Numbered from the stretch's first letter, positions 1-10,915 are shown. The stretch is DNA of 42,929 nucleotides from an uncultured Eubacteriales bacterium (GCA_964551885.1 CAZKEW010000002.1:1-42929); one strand, 5' to 3'. The notes: generated by a model from the letters alone, not told the origin. A program made the numbers and translations.

Positions 1-20
1 TTCCACACGTTGATCTTCAT
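1..20 (-). CDS. 5' end of an unidentified gene running off the left edge (6 codons, MKINVW...)
   Basis: There is an ATG at 20..18 on the minus strand, a GAGG at 29..32 (8 nt upstream) and a near-consensus promoter at 63..91. It is too short to name. The alternative reading is a plus-strand ORF tail ending at TAA 67..69. Confidence 0.25.
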
Positions 21-62
21 CTTCTTGGCCTCAACCTGGATGAGGAAGAATAAAAGGATAAA

Positions 63-91
63 ATTATAACCAAAACATGAGATAATAGCAA
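63..91 (-). promoter_or_regulatory. sigma70-like promoter TTGCTA-17-TATAAT
   Basis: On the minus strand the -35 TTGCTA is at 91..86 and the -10 TATAAT at 68..63, with a 17-nt spacer. It lies downstream of the hppA terminator hairpin and upstream of the ATG at 20. Confidence 0.4.
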
Positions 92-97
92 ATAAGA

Positions 98-126
98 GGG
101 GACGGTTCTCAACGAGAACCGTCCCC
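98..126. terminator. REP-like hairpin GGGGACGGTTCTC-AAC-GAGAACCGTCCCC, probable bidirectional intrinsic terminator (copy 1 of 3)
   Basis: A perfect 13-bp inverted repeat starts 6 nt after the hppA stop. T-rich tracts follow it on both strands. The same stem recurs at 20460..20488 and 32112..32140. Confidence 0.6.
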
Positions 127-131
127 ATTTT

Positions 132-2420
132 CTATTCTTTCGGAGAGGGCGCGCAGACCTCCTCAACCTGATGATACTCTTTCTCGCCGGAGCGCTTGGA
201 ATACCAGATGGCGATGATGGCGGCGATGAGGGCTGCGGCGACGAAAAGCACCACACCCCAACTCAATCTGCGGTATTGGATGATGATGGGTGCGGCAAGC
301 ACGGAGACGAGGTTGATGACTTTGATCATCGGGTTAAGGGCCGGGCCTGCTGTATCCTTCAGCGGATCGCCTACGGTATCTCCAACCACAGCCGCCTTGT
401 GACTGTCCGAGCCTTTTCCTCCGTAGAGCCCGTCTTCGATCGTCTTCTTGGCGTTATCCCAGGCTCCTCCAGCATTGGCCATAAAGACAGCCAGCAGTTG
501 GCCGCTGAGGATGACTCCGGCCAGGAATCCGCCCAGTGCCTCGACCTGAAGCGTCAGGCCGACAATGAGGGGAGCGAGGACGGCCAGTAGAGCCAGTCCG
601 ACGAGTTCTTTTTGTGCCGCCACAGTGCAAATGCTGACAGCTCTTTTGTAGTCAGGCTTGACTTTCCCTTCCATGATGCCAGGGATCTTGAATTGCCGGC
701 GGACCTCCATGACGATGAGTGAAGCAGCGCGCGAGACAGCCTTAATGGTCAGGGAGGAGAAAAGCCAGGGGATAGCCCCGCCGATGAGCATCCCGATGAG
801 GACCATGGGCATCGAGACGCGGATACCTGTGTTGAGGAGTTGCATAGCCTCGGGAATATTGAGTTGCGCTTGGACTTTGGTGACATCGGTCATAAAAGAG
901 CCGAAGAGCGAAACCGCGGCAATGACAGCCGACCCGATGGCCACGCCTTTGGTGATAGCTTTCGTAGTGTTCCCCACAGCATCCAAGTCGGCCATGATCT
1001 GGCGGGCGTCTTTTTCCAGGCCGGCCATCTCTCCGATGCCGTTGGCGTTGTCCGAGATCGGGCCGAAAGAATCCATAGCCACGTTATTGCCCGTTAGCGT
1101 CAGCATGCCAATGCCCGTCATGGCGACACCGTAGAGGACGTAGGCGACCGGCTGACCCCAGTAGATGAGGAGGGCAGAGAGGATGGTCGCCGCAATGACC
1201 ATGATAGCCCAGACTGTCGATTCCATCCCGACCGAAAGGCCTGTCAGGATCGTTGTGGCTGAGCCGGTGCGCGAGGATTTGGCGATTTCTTTGACCGGCG
1301 CATGATGGGTATCAGTGAAATACTTGGTCAGCTCATCGATGGCTATGGCCAGGATAATTCCCGCGCCGACCGAAAGAAAGGCGCGCCATTCGTCCATGTA
1401 AAAATGCGCCAAAAAGGCGAAGGAAATGAAACAGAGGGCCGCTGAGGTGTAGAACCCTCTGTTGATGCCGGCCATGGCATTGCCTCTTTTTTCTTCTTTT
1501 TTTCCTCGAACCTGATAGGTCCCGATGATCGAGGAGAGAACTCCGATTCCCCTGACGAGTAATGGGAAAATAATCCACTTGATTTGGCCTGTAATGTGGA
1601 CCAGCGTCAACCCCAGGATCAAGCCTGCAACGATCGTAACTTCATAGCTTTCGAAAATATCGGCCGCCATTCCGGCGCAATCGCCGACGTTGTCTCCGAC
1701 GAGGTCAGCCACAACAGCCGCATTCCTCGGGTCATCCTCGGGGATACAGGCTTCCACCTTGCCGACGAGGTCAGCGCCAACGTCGGCCGCCTTCGTATAG
1801 ATGCCGCCGCCGACCCGCATGAACAAGGCCAGCAAAGTGCCTCCAAACCCGAACCCGAGCAGGGCATCGGGCGCAGCCTTCTGGAAGAGCATAAAAATCG
1901 CCGTGCCTCCCAGGAGTCCGAGGCCGTCTGTCAGCATCCCGGTGATCGTGCCTGCTCTGTAGGCGATCTTGAGAGCTTTGTCAAAGCTTGTTCGGGAAGC
2001 CGCCGCCACTCTGACATTGGCCTGCACGGCCATGCGCATCCCGAACTGGCCGACCATCAGAGAAAAAAGGGCGCCCAAGACAAATGCGCCGGCCCGCCCC
2101 AACCCGATGATGACTTTAACCTGGTCAGGGCTCAGGCTGGGAAAACGTTCGAGAGCCTCGGCGGAAGGCGGGACGATGTAAACACTGAAGAACAGAGCAA
2201 AGGTCAGAAGGATGATCAATGGCAATATGGTCTTGAGCTGTCTCGTGAGATAGGCCTCTGCTCCCTGTTTGATCGCTTCCCAGACTTCAATCATCCTCAG
2301 GTTTCCTTTATCTTCAGCCAAGATCTGATGCCTGAGGAACAAAGCATAAGCTAATCCCAGAAGCGCGATTCCTAAGACTGCCCATAAGGCAATCATCTCA
2401 AAAGGAGTAGCTCCTAACAT
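132..2420 (-). CDS. hppA: Membrane-bound proton-translocating pyrophosphatase, K+-independent type
   Basis: A 762-aa polytopic protein with the H+-PPase signatures GDNVGDCAGMAADIFESYEV and DTVGDPLKDTAGPALN. The GNTTKAITKG motif (Lys/Thr instead of Ala/Gly) marks the K+-independent subfamily. An AAGGAG RBS lies 8 nt upstream. Confidence 0.95.
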   Translation of the reverse strand: MLGATPFEMIALWAVLGIALLGLAYALFLRHQILAEDKGNLRMIEVWEAIKQGAEAYLTRQLKTILPLIILLTFALFFSVYIVPPSAEALERFPSLSPDQVKVIIGLGRAGAFVLGALFSLMVGQFGMRMAVQANVRVAAASRTSFDKALKIAYRAGTITGMLTDGLGLLGGTAIFMLFQKAAPDALLGFGFGGTLLALFMRVGGGIYTKAADVGADLVGKVEACIPEDDPRNAAVVADLVGDNVGDCAGMAADIFESYEVTIVAGLILGLTLVHITGQIKWIIFPLLVRGIGVLSSIIGTYQVRGKKEEKRGNAMAGINRGFYTSAALCFISFAFLAHFYMDEWRAFLSVGAGIILAIAIDELTKYFTDTHHAPVKEIAKSSRTGSATTILTGLSVGMESTVWAIMVIAATILSALLIYWGQPVAYVLYGVAMTGIGMLTLTGNNVAMDSFGPISDNANGIGEMAGLEKDARQIMADLDAVGNTTKAITKGVAIGSAVIAAVSLFGSFMTDVTKVQAQLNIPEAMQLLNTGIRVSMPMVLIGMLIGGAIPWLFSSLTIKAVSRAASLIVMEVRRQFKIPGIMEGKVKPDYKRAVSICTVAAQKELVGLALLAVLAPLIVGLTLQVEALGGFLAGVILSGQLLAVFMANAGGAWDNAKKTIEDGLYGGKGSDSHKAAVVGDTVGDPLKDTAGPALNPMIKVINLVSVLAAPIIIQYRRLSWGVVLFVAAALIAAIIAIWYSKRSGEKEYHQVEEVCAPSPKE

Positions 2421-2609
2421 TCACAGACTCCTTATCTGGCGCTTTTTTGCCGTGATCCTTAGGGGATAAGCGCTAAACGTAAAGGTTTTCCCTTTTCCGG
2501 GAAATTTTGAACAGCTTGTATACCATATAATCAGCAAAATTGCAATTGCCTGAAATCGCTGAATCGCTGAATCGCTGACTCGTTCGCTTCATCAACAAGG
2601 CGCCTTTTC

Positions 2610-3905
<1,296 letters not shown>

Positions 3906-4149
3906 TTATTGGATTAAAAAATTTGAATTTGGAATTATAATGATATCACTTCTGTTCAGTATTCTCAATTTGTATGGACCCTTTCGGTTAGGCCAAGAGA
4001 GGAATTCATAAAGAATGTCCCAGAGCTATGGCCCAAAGTGTGATGAGTCGGGCGCGAGATGAGAATATTGAGCCTCCTAAATCGTTGAAATTAGGAGAAG
4101 CCATTCTTGCTGAGCTTGGCCTGGTAGTTTTAATGACCAAGAGAGAAGA

Positions 4150-4530
4150 ATGAAACGGATTTATCAAAAAACGCCTGATCATGAGCTGAGCGCTGAGGAG
4201 GCTCTTTTTCTCGCCTTGGAGGACCCGCAGACCGCTTGTTTCTTGAGGACGGCTTTCTCGATCCCCGAGCAGAAGCCTGAGATTATGACGGAGCGCTGGG
4301 TGACAAAGAACAGTTGCTGCTGTTTTTGGCAAGTGGCTATCATCGAGAAACCGCCGTCTGCGCTCAGAGCGAACCTGCCGCTTCTGAACATTGCCCATGT
4401 CATGGTTGATGCCCGCGATGGAAATGTTTTGCGAAGATGGTTTTTGAGAAGCGTTTTCTATGAGGAATACCAAGAATTCAAGAGGGGCTTATTCTCTCTC
4501 CATGAAGGCTGTAAGGGCCAAAACCTGTGA
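4150..4530 (+). CDS. Hypothetical small protein (126 aa), possible PepSY-like C-terminus (VDARDGNVL)
   Basis: It is the only ORF with protein-like composition in the 585-nt gap between eno and miaB. The antisense ORF 4006..4473 is R/S/L-rich, typical of a shadow frame. It overlaps the convergent miaB 3' end by 53 nt and has a weak RBS. Confidence 0.35.
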   Translation: MKRIYQKTPDHELSAEEALFLALEDPQTACFLRTAFSIPEQKPEIMTERWVTKNSCCCFWQVAIIEKPPSALRANLPLLNIAHVMVDARDGNVLRRWFLRSVFYEEYQEFKRGLFSLHEGCKGQNL

Positions 4531-5806
4531 TCCGAACATCCACAAATCTCCCGATGCATGCTTCTTGCGATAGGAAATTGACCACCTGGTTTCCTTCATT
4601 CCGGCCGGCAGAGAGATGGGGAGTTCTTTTTGCCGGGCCCAGACAAAGGACTTTCAAAACCCGGTCCGCCTGCCGGCTGTGATTTTCGAGCTGGATTTGC
4701 TTTTGCACGTTTTGGACCTCTTCGAGCCTTCTTCTTTTTTCCTCGGGGGAGACATCGTCTTCGAGCTCTGCTGCCCGCGTTAATGGCCGGGGAGAATAAC
4801 GGAAAGAAAAGATAGCGGCAAAGCGGACCTGCTTAAGGACAGCGAGAGTTTCCTCGAAGTCTTTCTCTGTCTCACCAGGGAACCCGACGATGATGTCTGT
4901 GCTCAAACTGATCTCCGGCATCAGGCAGCGGAGATAGGAAATTTTTTCCAGGTATTCTTCCTGCGTATAGCCTCTTTTCATTTTCTTCAGGACGGAGGTT
5001 GACCCTGACTGAAGAGGGAGATGCAGCTGGCGGCAGATTTTTTTTGATTCCTGCATCGTCTCAGCGATCTCGGGGGTGAAATTTTTCGGATGAGATGTCA
5101 GGAAGCGGATCCACTCGATCCCTTCCACACCGTTTGCCTCTCGGAGCAGCGTAGCAAAGCTCCGGCCCGATTGGGGGTCCTTATAGCAGTTGACATTCTG
5201 GCCCAGAAGCTGGATTTCCTTAAAGCCTTTTTTGGATAAATCTTTGACCTCCTCGAGAATGGACGGCAGGGGGCGGTATTTTTCCTGGCCTCGGGTGAAG
5301 GGAACAACGCAGTAGGCGCAGAAATTATTGCAGCCTTCCATGACGGGCACAAAAGCGCTGACATGGCTTTCGCGGAGGATCAGGTCCGGGGGCGTCTCGT
5401 GCCACTCCCGCGACCAGGCGGTCGAGATGTATTTCTCGGCTGCGCTTTTTTGGAGTATCTCTGGGAGTTCCGCGTAGTTATCCGGACCGAGGACAAAGTC
5501 GACGCTGAGCTTTTTTCCCAGAAGCTCAAGACCCCGAAGCTGGGCCACGCAACCCACAATGCCGACCTGGACAAGCTTCTTTTTCTTGAGCTGAGCCAGC
5601 CTTCCGATATAGGAAAAAAGCTTTTCTTCCGCTTTTTTCCGGACGGCGCAGGTGTTGACGATGATGATGTCTCCATCCTCAGGACGGGCGGCTTTGGTGG
5701 CCCCGGCTCGGTAGAGGATTCCGGCGATGCGCTCGGAGTCGCTTTCGTTCATCTGGCAGCCGAAGGTTTGGATAAAAAATGTTAGGTTCTTGAGCACTTG
5801 GGGCAT
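4478..5806 (-). CDS. miaB: tRNA-i6A37 methylthiotransferase (radical SAM MTTase)
   Basis: 442 aa. It has the UPF0004 N-domain FIQTFGCQMNESDSERIAG, the radical-SAM motif CNNFCAYCVVPFTRGQE and a C-terminal TRAM-like domain. Confidence 0.93.
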   Translation of the reverse strand: MPQVLKNLTFFIQTFGCQMNESDSERIAGILYRAGATKAARPEDGDIIIVNTCAVRKKAEEKLFSYIGRLAQLKKKKLVQVGIVGCVAQLRGLELLGKKLSVDFVLGPDNYAELPEILQKSAAEKYISTAWSREWHETPPDLILRESHVSAFVPVMEGCNNFCAYCVVPFTRGQEKYRPLPSILEEVKDLSKKGFKEIQLLGQNVNCYKDPQSGRSFATLLREANGVEGIEWIRFLTSHPKNFTPEIAETMQESKKICRQLHLPLQSGSTSVLKKMKRGYTQEEYLEKISYLRCLMPEISLSTDIIVGFPGETEKDFEETLAVLKQVRFAAIFSFRYSPRPLTRAAELEDDVSPEEKRRRLEEVQNVQKQIQLENHSRQADRVLKVLCLGPAKRTPHLSAGRNEGNQVVNFLSQEACIGRFVDVRITGFGPYSLHGERISPS

Positions 5807-6241
5807 TTATATAATTCGCTCGAGGATTTCGACGGCGTCCTGGACATACTTGGAGCAGAGGTTTTCGAACACGCCGCGCTCTCTGGCCTGCTTGTGTCCC
5901 TCGGCTGTGCTCAGGTCGACGCCGATAAGCTCTCGGCAGATGATTGAGCCGTGGTGGGCTTTGAATTCTCTGATAAAATCGTGGACAAGGGCATAGGTTT
6001 TCTCTTTGGCTTCTTCGTCATCCGGCCGTATTCTTCCGTATTTAAGGCCGATGACCATAAAAGCCCCAGTGACGGCTCCGCAAGTCAGACCCATCCTGGC
6101 CATCCCCCCTCCGAAGGCTTGAGAGATCTTGAGGGCCTTTTGGCGGTCGAGTTCAAATGACTCGCTGAAGGCGGAAAAGACGGCCTGAGAACAGCTAAAT
6201 CCTTCTTTAAAGCTTTCGGCGGCGTGTTGAGCCCGGCTCAT
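5807..6241 (-). CDS. C_GCAxxG_C_C family putative redox-active protein
   Basis: 144 aa with GFSCSQAV and MGLTCGAVTGAFMVIG motifs plus downstream Cys residues. Its stop abuts the miaB ATG (TAAATG), and its start overlaps the recN tail by 35 nt. Confidence 0.8.
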   Translation of the reverse strand: MSRAQHAAESFKEGFSCSQAVFSAFSESFELDRQKALKISQAFGGGMARMGLTCGAVTGAFMVIGLKYGRIRPDDEEAKEKTYALVHDFIREFKAHHGSIICRELIGVDLSTAEGHKQARERGVFENLCSKYVQDAVEILERII

Positions 6242-7937
6242 TTGACCTTCCTCCTTTCTCCTCTTTTAAATTATGGAGGAGCATTTCTTTGGCATTCTGG
6301 AGCGAGGTTGGGGTGATATGGCTTCCTGAGAGGAGGCGGGAGATCTCTGTGACTCTCTCCTCGAAACTCAACTCTTTAACCGTTGTGTAGGTCCGTTCCT
6401 TTTCCATCTTTTTTTCGATTCTGTAGTGATGAGGAGCAAAAGAGGCGATCTGAGGCAGATGGGTGATGCAGATAACTTGATGGCGCTTGGATAATTCCAG
6501 GAGCTTTTCGGCGATGCACTCCGCTGTTTTTCCGCCAATGCCGGAATCAATCTCGTCGAAGATGAGCGTTCTTAACCCGCCCTTTTCCTTGCCGATGGTC
6601 TTTAAGGCCAGCATGATCCGGGAAAGTTCGCCTCCTGAAGCGATTTTCCGCAGAGGCCTGAGCTCCTCACCCGGGTTGGGGCTGATCAGGAACTCGACAT
6701 CATCCAACCCGGAATCCCGGACTTTTTCTATCTCCAGCGACGCGGGCGAGTCGGTTGCGATTTTGACCTGGAACCGGGCCCGCTTCATCCCGAGGAGAGC
6801 GATCTCCTTTTCCACTTGGGTTTCTAATTGTTTCGCGCCTTCCCTGCGAAGACGGCTGAGTTTTTCTGCGTTTGTCTGATATAGGCCAAAGGCCCGGCTG
6901 ATCTCTGCTTCAAGGTCGGCCAGCCTCTCTTCGCTCTGGAGAAGGTCACTATGCTCTTGCTTGATTTTGGCGAGATAAAGGAGGATGGCATCGATGCTCT
7001 CGCCATACTTTCTTCTCAGCTTTTCTATCAGGCTGAGCCTTTCCTCCAAATCCTCCAGCCTCTCCGGTCCGAGATTTTGTTTTTCCTTGAATTTAATCAG
7101 AGAATCAGAAAGCTCTCGGACGGCGATAGTCGATTGATTCAAGGATTCATTGAAGGCCTGGAAGCCCTGATCGTAACGGCTGAGTTCCCGGACGTTTTCT
7201 TGAAGCTTGGCCAAACCCGCGGAGACGGAATTCTCATTGAGATAGGAAAAATCCAGGGCTCTTTCCACCAGCACCGCTATTTTCTCGGCGTTCTTGAGGA
7301 TGTTCCTCTCGGCCAGGAGCTCCTCCCATTCTCCCGGCTTGAGCTGGGCGCTTTCGATTTCCTTGATCTGGTAGCTCAAAAAATCGAGCCGCTGTTCTCT
7401 TTCCCTTTTTCTTGTTTCCAGGTCGTTTTTTTGCCGGACAAGATGGCGGAGTTTTTGAGCTTGCCCAGAAATATCTTCTCTCTTTTGGACCAGGTCCAGG
7501 TACTGGTCGAGATAATGGAGATGGTTTTCAAGCTGCAGAAGAAAGACATGGTCATTCTGACCATAGATATCGACAAGGGCGGGGTTGATCTCTTTTAGTT
7601 TCTTTATCGGGACGAGCACGCCGTTGACATAAGCTTTTCCGGAGCCCTCCTGAGTGATTTGCCTCTGGAGGAAAATTTCGCCTTCTTCAAGGGGGGCAAA
7701 TTCTTCGGCTGTCTGGTTTTCCGGAGGGATGCGGAAGACTGCCTCGATGGTGGCTTCCCTCATTCCTGTTCGGATGAGCTCCGGCGAGGCTTTTTCCCCC
7801 AAGACGAGCTTGATTCCGTCGATGATGATTGATTTTCCCGCGCCCGTCTCCCCGGTGAGGATAGAAAACCCTTGTTTAAAATTTAGCTCCAGGTCTTCTA
7901 TGGTGGCTAAATTTTTGATGCGGAGAGAATATATCAT
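6207..7937 (-). CDS. recN: DNA repair protein RecN
   Basis: 576 aa. It has an N-terminal Walker A (LTGETGAGKSIIIDGI), a long coiled-coil middle region and a C-terminal signature (ASGGELSRIMLALK, LIFDEIDSGIGG). Confidence 0.93.
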   Translation of the reverse strand: MIYSLRIKNLATIEDLELNFKQGFSILTGETGAGKSIIIDGIKLVLGEKASPELIRTGMREATIEAVFRIPPENQTAEEFAPLEEGEIFLQRQITQEGSGKAYVNGVLVPIKKLKEINPALVDIYGQNDHVFLLQLENHLHYLDQYLDLVQKREDISGQAQKLRHLVRQKNDLETRKREREQRLDFLSYQIKEIESAQLKPGEWEELLAERNILKNAEKIAVLVERALDFSYLNENSVSAGLAKLQENVRELSRYDQGFQAFNESLNQSTIAVRELSDSLIKFKEKQNLGPERLEDLEERLSLIEKLRRKYGESIDAILLYLAKIKQEHSDLLQSEERLADLEAEISRAFGLYQTNAEKLSRLRREGAKQLETQVEKEIALLGMKRARFQVKIATDSPASLEIEKVRDSGLDDVEFLISPNPGEELRPLRKIASGGELSRIMLALKTIGKEKGGLRTLIFDEIDSGIGGKTAECIAEKLLELSKRHQVICITHLPQIASFAPHHYRIEKKMEKERTYTTVKELSFEERVTEISRLLSGSHITPTSLQNAKEMLLHNLKEEKGGRSNEPGSTRRRKL

Positions 7938-7944
7938 TCCCTTC

Positions 7945-9303
7945 TTATTTGGATATTTTTATCGGGACGAGAGCTTTTTCCATGTTGACCCGGCCGTACC
8001 CGATAAATTCGTCTTTGCCTTTGTGCTCGGCGGAATTCACGTCATCTGCCGTATAGCGGATGATATCCATGATTTGATCGACCGTCAGCCAGGGTTTGAG
8101 GCTTTTCAGCAGAGCTGCCAGCCCGGCCACATGAGGAGTGGAGGCGGATGTACCGGAGGCAAAACCATAGGGTAGGGAACCGGGGCCCCAGTACCAGGTC
8201 GGCACAGGGCCAAAAACCCTTTCTCCCGGCGCAGCAACGTCCACTTCGGACCCGAAATTCGACCAGGACGTCCGGGAGTCGTTATAATCAGTCGCCGCCA
8301 CTGCCAGGCAAAACTTGTCATAGGCAGCGGGATAAAGGACCGCGGCCCCGTCATTGCCGGCAGCTGCCACAATGACGACACCCTTGTCATAGGCATACTT
8401 GAGAGCATCCCTTAGGGAGTTAGCAGGCTCATCGCCCCCCAGGCTTAAGCTGATCACATCTGCGCCGTTATCTGTAGTCCAGACGATGGCGTCGATTAAC
8501 CAGCCATAATCACCCTCGCCTTCCTTGTTTATAACTTTAGCGGGCAAAATCTTGCAGTTCCAGGCCACCCCTGCTCCTCCTTCGTTATTATTTGTGTCTG
8601 CTGCGGCAATTCCGGCCACGAACGTTCCGTGGCCGAGGTCGTCGGTGGCATCAAAATCGTTGTTGACAAAGTCGCGGCCGCCCGATTTGATCTTGTTTTT
8701 GAGGTCGGGGTGGAGGAGGTCAACGCCAGAGTCGATTATGGCGATAATATCTTCCTCCTTTCCCTTGGTCTCTTCCCATGCGGCAGTGGCCTTGATATCG
8801 GCGCTGGCTTTTCCCCGAGGCGCGCCCGATACGCCGATCTCCTGTCCGGTATTATGGAGGGCATACTGGTACTTGAATAGCGTATCATTGGGGGTTACGG
8901 CGATGCGGGTGACAAAATTGGGCTCGGCATACTCGACGTCGGGGTTTTGATTCAGCGCATAGACCATTTCTTCCACGGTGACATATTTGGGAATCTGGAG
9001 CTGATAGACATCGAGCCGTGGGATTCTTCTGATTTTTTTGGCTGCGTAGGCCGTCATTGTGGCTTCAATGAGCTGTTCCCTCAGGTTTGGCTTGAACTTC
9101 ACCAAGACCTGCCCTGGAACATAGCGAGGCCCCTGGATACGAAAGGGCTGGCCTCCGTTGAGACTCCGGATTTCTCGGCGCTGGGAAAAAGCCTCCCTTT
9201 GCCTACCTTTCTCCACTCTTTGCCTTTGAAAACTGAAGGAGGAAACAATAAGGCTCAAGAGAAGAAGGATAAAAACTATTTTTCTGCTCTTCAGGGTTTT
9301 CAT
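7945..9303 (-). CDS. Secreted subtilisin-like serine protease (peptidase S8) with I9 propeptide
   Basis: 452 aa with a signal peptide and an inhibitor-I9-like propeptide. The catalytic triad contexts are IIDSGVD (Asp), HGTFVAGIAA (His) and GTSASTPHVAGLAALL (Ser). Confidence 0.9.
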   Translation of the reverse strand: MKTLKSRKIVFILLLLSLIVSSFSFQRQRVEKGRQREAFSQRREIRSLNGGQPFRIQGPRYVPGQVLVKFKPNLREQLIEATMTAYAAKKIRRIPRLDVYQLQIPKYVTVEEMVYALNQNPDVEYAEPNFVTRIAVTPNDTLFKYQYALHNTGQEIGVSGAPRGKASADIKATAAWEETKGKEEDIIAIIDSGVDLLHPDLKNKIKSGGRDFVNNDFDATDDLGHGTFVAGIAAADTNNNEGGAGVAWNCKILPAKVINKEGEGDYGWLIDAIVWTTDNGADVISLSLGGDEPANSLRDALKYAYDKGVVIVAAAGNDGAAVLYPAAYDKFCLAVAATDYNDSRTSWSNFGSEVDVAAPGERVFGPVPTWYWGPGSLPYGFASGTSASTPHVAGLAALLKSLKPWLTVDQIMDIIRYTADDVNSAEHKGKDEFIGYGRVNMEKALVPIKISK

Positions 9304-9321
9304 CTCATCCTCCGATAATTC

Positions 9322-10104
9322 TCAAAAAGAAAACAGAGCTTTGATCATGACTGAATAATCCACGCCGTCCTTGTAGGGATAGACGCCTGCTTCGCCCTTG
9401 AAGCTGAAGTTGGCGGAGAGGTCGAAGTTGGTTCCCAGAGCGATTCCGAAGAGACTTTTGCCTTTGATTTCTTTATTCTCCGTCCCCTTGAGGGTCTCGA
9501 CCGTCTGTTTCATTTCAAACGATCCCCAGAGATAATCAAAACTCGGATAAAGATAAGGGCTGAAATTCTCCCAGCCTCTGTAGGTGAGCACAGGCCCGAC
9601 AGAGGCGCGCATCCAGGAAGGCTTTCCTTCAGTCGTGCCGGAGACAGCGAGTCCCGGGATGGCCCATTCTTTCTTGGTTCCCAGGAAAGCGAGGAACTGG
9701 CCAAACGCGTCGATGTCGAGGCTTCCCTTAGAAAAGAGACTCTTGTTGATCTCGCCTCCCAAAATGAGTCCGTTGATCCCTCCGCCTTCAAAGTCGATAG
9801 AAAGGGGGAGCTTGCGGAAAATCAAGCCGTCGAAGGTAGAGGAGGAATAGCCGACGAGGGCAGCCAGGGAAAAGCCCGGCTGGAATTCGTATCCGAGGGC
9901 AAGGCTGGCGAAATACGAAGTCAGGTTGGATGTCGCTTGGTCATCATCCCAACTGATGGTCCTGGAAAAATAGTCAAGCCGCAATCCAGGCTTGAAAGAG
10001 GATGATGAAGAGGAATTTGGACGGGGTTGAGCGGAGGCAAGACATGCCACGCAGAAAAAGAGGGCAAGAAAAAGAGCGGTCAGCCAACACGGACATTTTT
10101 TCAT
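9322..10104 (-). CDS. Outer-membrane beta-barrel protein, function unknown
   Basis: 260 aa with a signal peptide (ASAQP). It shows an alternating amphipathic strand pattern rich in G/S/Y/F and an aromatic C-terminus (...KALFSF), typical of BAM substrates. Confidence 0.6.
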   Translation of the reverse strand: MKKCPCWLTALFLALFFCVACLASAQPRPNSSSSSSFKPGLRLDYFSRTISWDDDQATSNLTSYFASLALGYEFQPGFSLAALVGYSSSTFDGLIFRKLPLSIDFEGGGINGLILGGEINKSLFSKGSLDIDAFGQFLAFLGTKKEWAIPGLAVSGTTEGKPSWMRASVGPVLTYRGWENFSPYLYPSFDYLWGSFEMKQTVETLKGTENKEIKGKSLFGIALGTNFDLSANFSFKGEAGVYPYKDGVDYSVMIKALFSF

Positions 10105-10123
10105 GCAAACCTCCCTGTTTTTC

Positions 10124-10915
10124 TCACTTCACTGTGCTTTTGTTGATCTCGGCCAGTCTTTCCTGGGCCTTCTTGGTGTATTTGCTCTTGGGATAATCTG
10201 AGACGAGTTTCGTGAAATAAGGGACGCTCTCGTCTCTCTTCCCCCATTTGTAGTAGGAATCAGCCAAGTGGAAATAAACCTCATCCATCTTGGAGTAGTT
10301 GGGGTAATTGGTCAAAATTTCAGATAATCGGTTGGTGGATGCTTTGAAGGCATAAGCTTTGTAATAATGCAAGCCTATAGTGAAAAAGTGGGCCGCGAGC
10401 CTCTCCTCGCAGTCGCCGATTTGCTTTTGGGCCAGCTTGGCCTCTTCGCTCAGCGGATAGTTGGTGACGACCCTTTTGAATTCAGCGAGAGCTTGGATGG
10501 TTTTGGTCTGATCCCGCCCCGCTTTCAAGGAATTCTTGAAGAAGGTCATGGCAATCTTGTATTGGGCATAGGAAGCTGAAGGGCTGTAAGGATAGAGGCT
10601 AATGAATTCTCGGTATTCTGAAGAGGCGAGGATCAAGCTGCCTTCATCGCCTTTTTCGAAATAGGTATCGGCGATAGCCAACTTGGCCCTCTGGGCGTAG
10701 AAGCTCTTGGGAAAAGAATCGATCACCTGACGAAAATATAGACGCGCTTTTTCAGGGTCTTTTTTCATATATTCCTGACCGGCTTTGAAAAGAGCTTCGT
10801 CTGAGGCTGCAATCTCAGGGGCGATTTCGACTTTTTTCGCTTTGCAGTTCCAGAAGCTGAGGCTGCAGAGGACCGTTACGATCAGGACGATGAGGATTTT
10901 TTTCGTAGCATTCAT
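10124..10915 (-). CDS. bamD: Outer membrane protein assembly factor BamD (YfiO-like TPR protein)
   Basis: 263 aa with a signal sequence ending near a Cys (SFWNCK). TPR-like repeats resemble BamD, with repeated PxSxYAxxAxxxxA and YYKxxxY motifs. Confidence 0.8.
   Translation of the reverse strand: MNATKKILIVLIVTVLCSLSFWNCKAKKVEIAPEIAASDEALFKAGQEYMKKDPEKARLYFRQVIDSFPKSFYAQRAKLAIADTYFEKGDEGSLILASSEYREFISLYPYSPSASYAQYKIAMTFFKNSLKAGRDQTKTIQALAEFKRVVTNYPLSEEAKLAQKQIGDCEERLAAHFFTIGLHYYKAYAFKASTNRLSEILTNYPNYSKMDEVYFHLADSYYKWGKRDESVPYFTKLVSDYPKSKYTKKAQERLAEINKSTVK

Noticed and set aside
1-69. A plus-strand ORF tail (…FHTLIFIFLASTWMRKNKRIKL*) ends at 67..69 and could be the 3' end of a gene convergent with hppA.
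   Set aside because: It cannot be excluded. However, the minus strand shows a coherent TTGCTA-17-TATAAT promoter, a GAGG RBS and an ATG at 20, so I listed the minus-strand start at low confidence instead.
2551-2583. Whether any repeat cluster in the window is a CRISPR array.
   Set aside because: The only tandem repeat is an 8-nt unit with no spacers. The MITE and REP copies are kilobases apart and palindromic, and no cas genes are present.
4006-4473. A 155-aa minus-strand ORF starts at a TTG 4 nt after the miaB stop, in an operon-like position.
   Set aside because: Its composition is Arg/Ser/Leu-rich and looks like the shadow frame of the plus-strand 126-aa ORF (4150..4530), which I preferred. 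Neither model is strongly supported.
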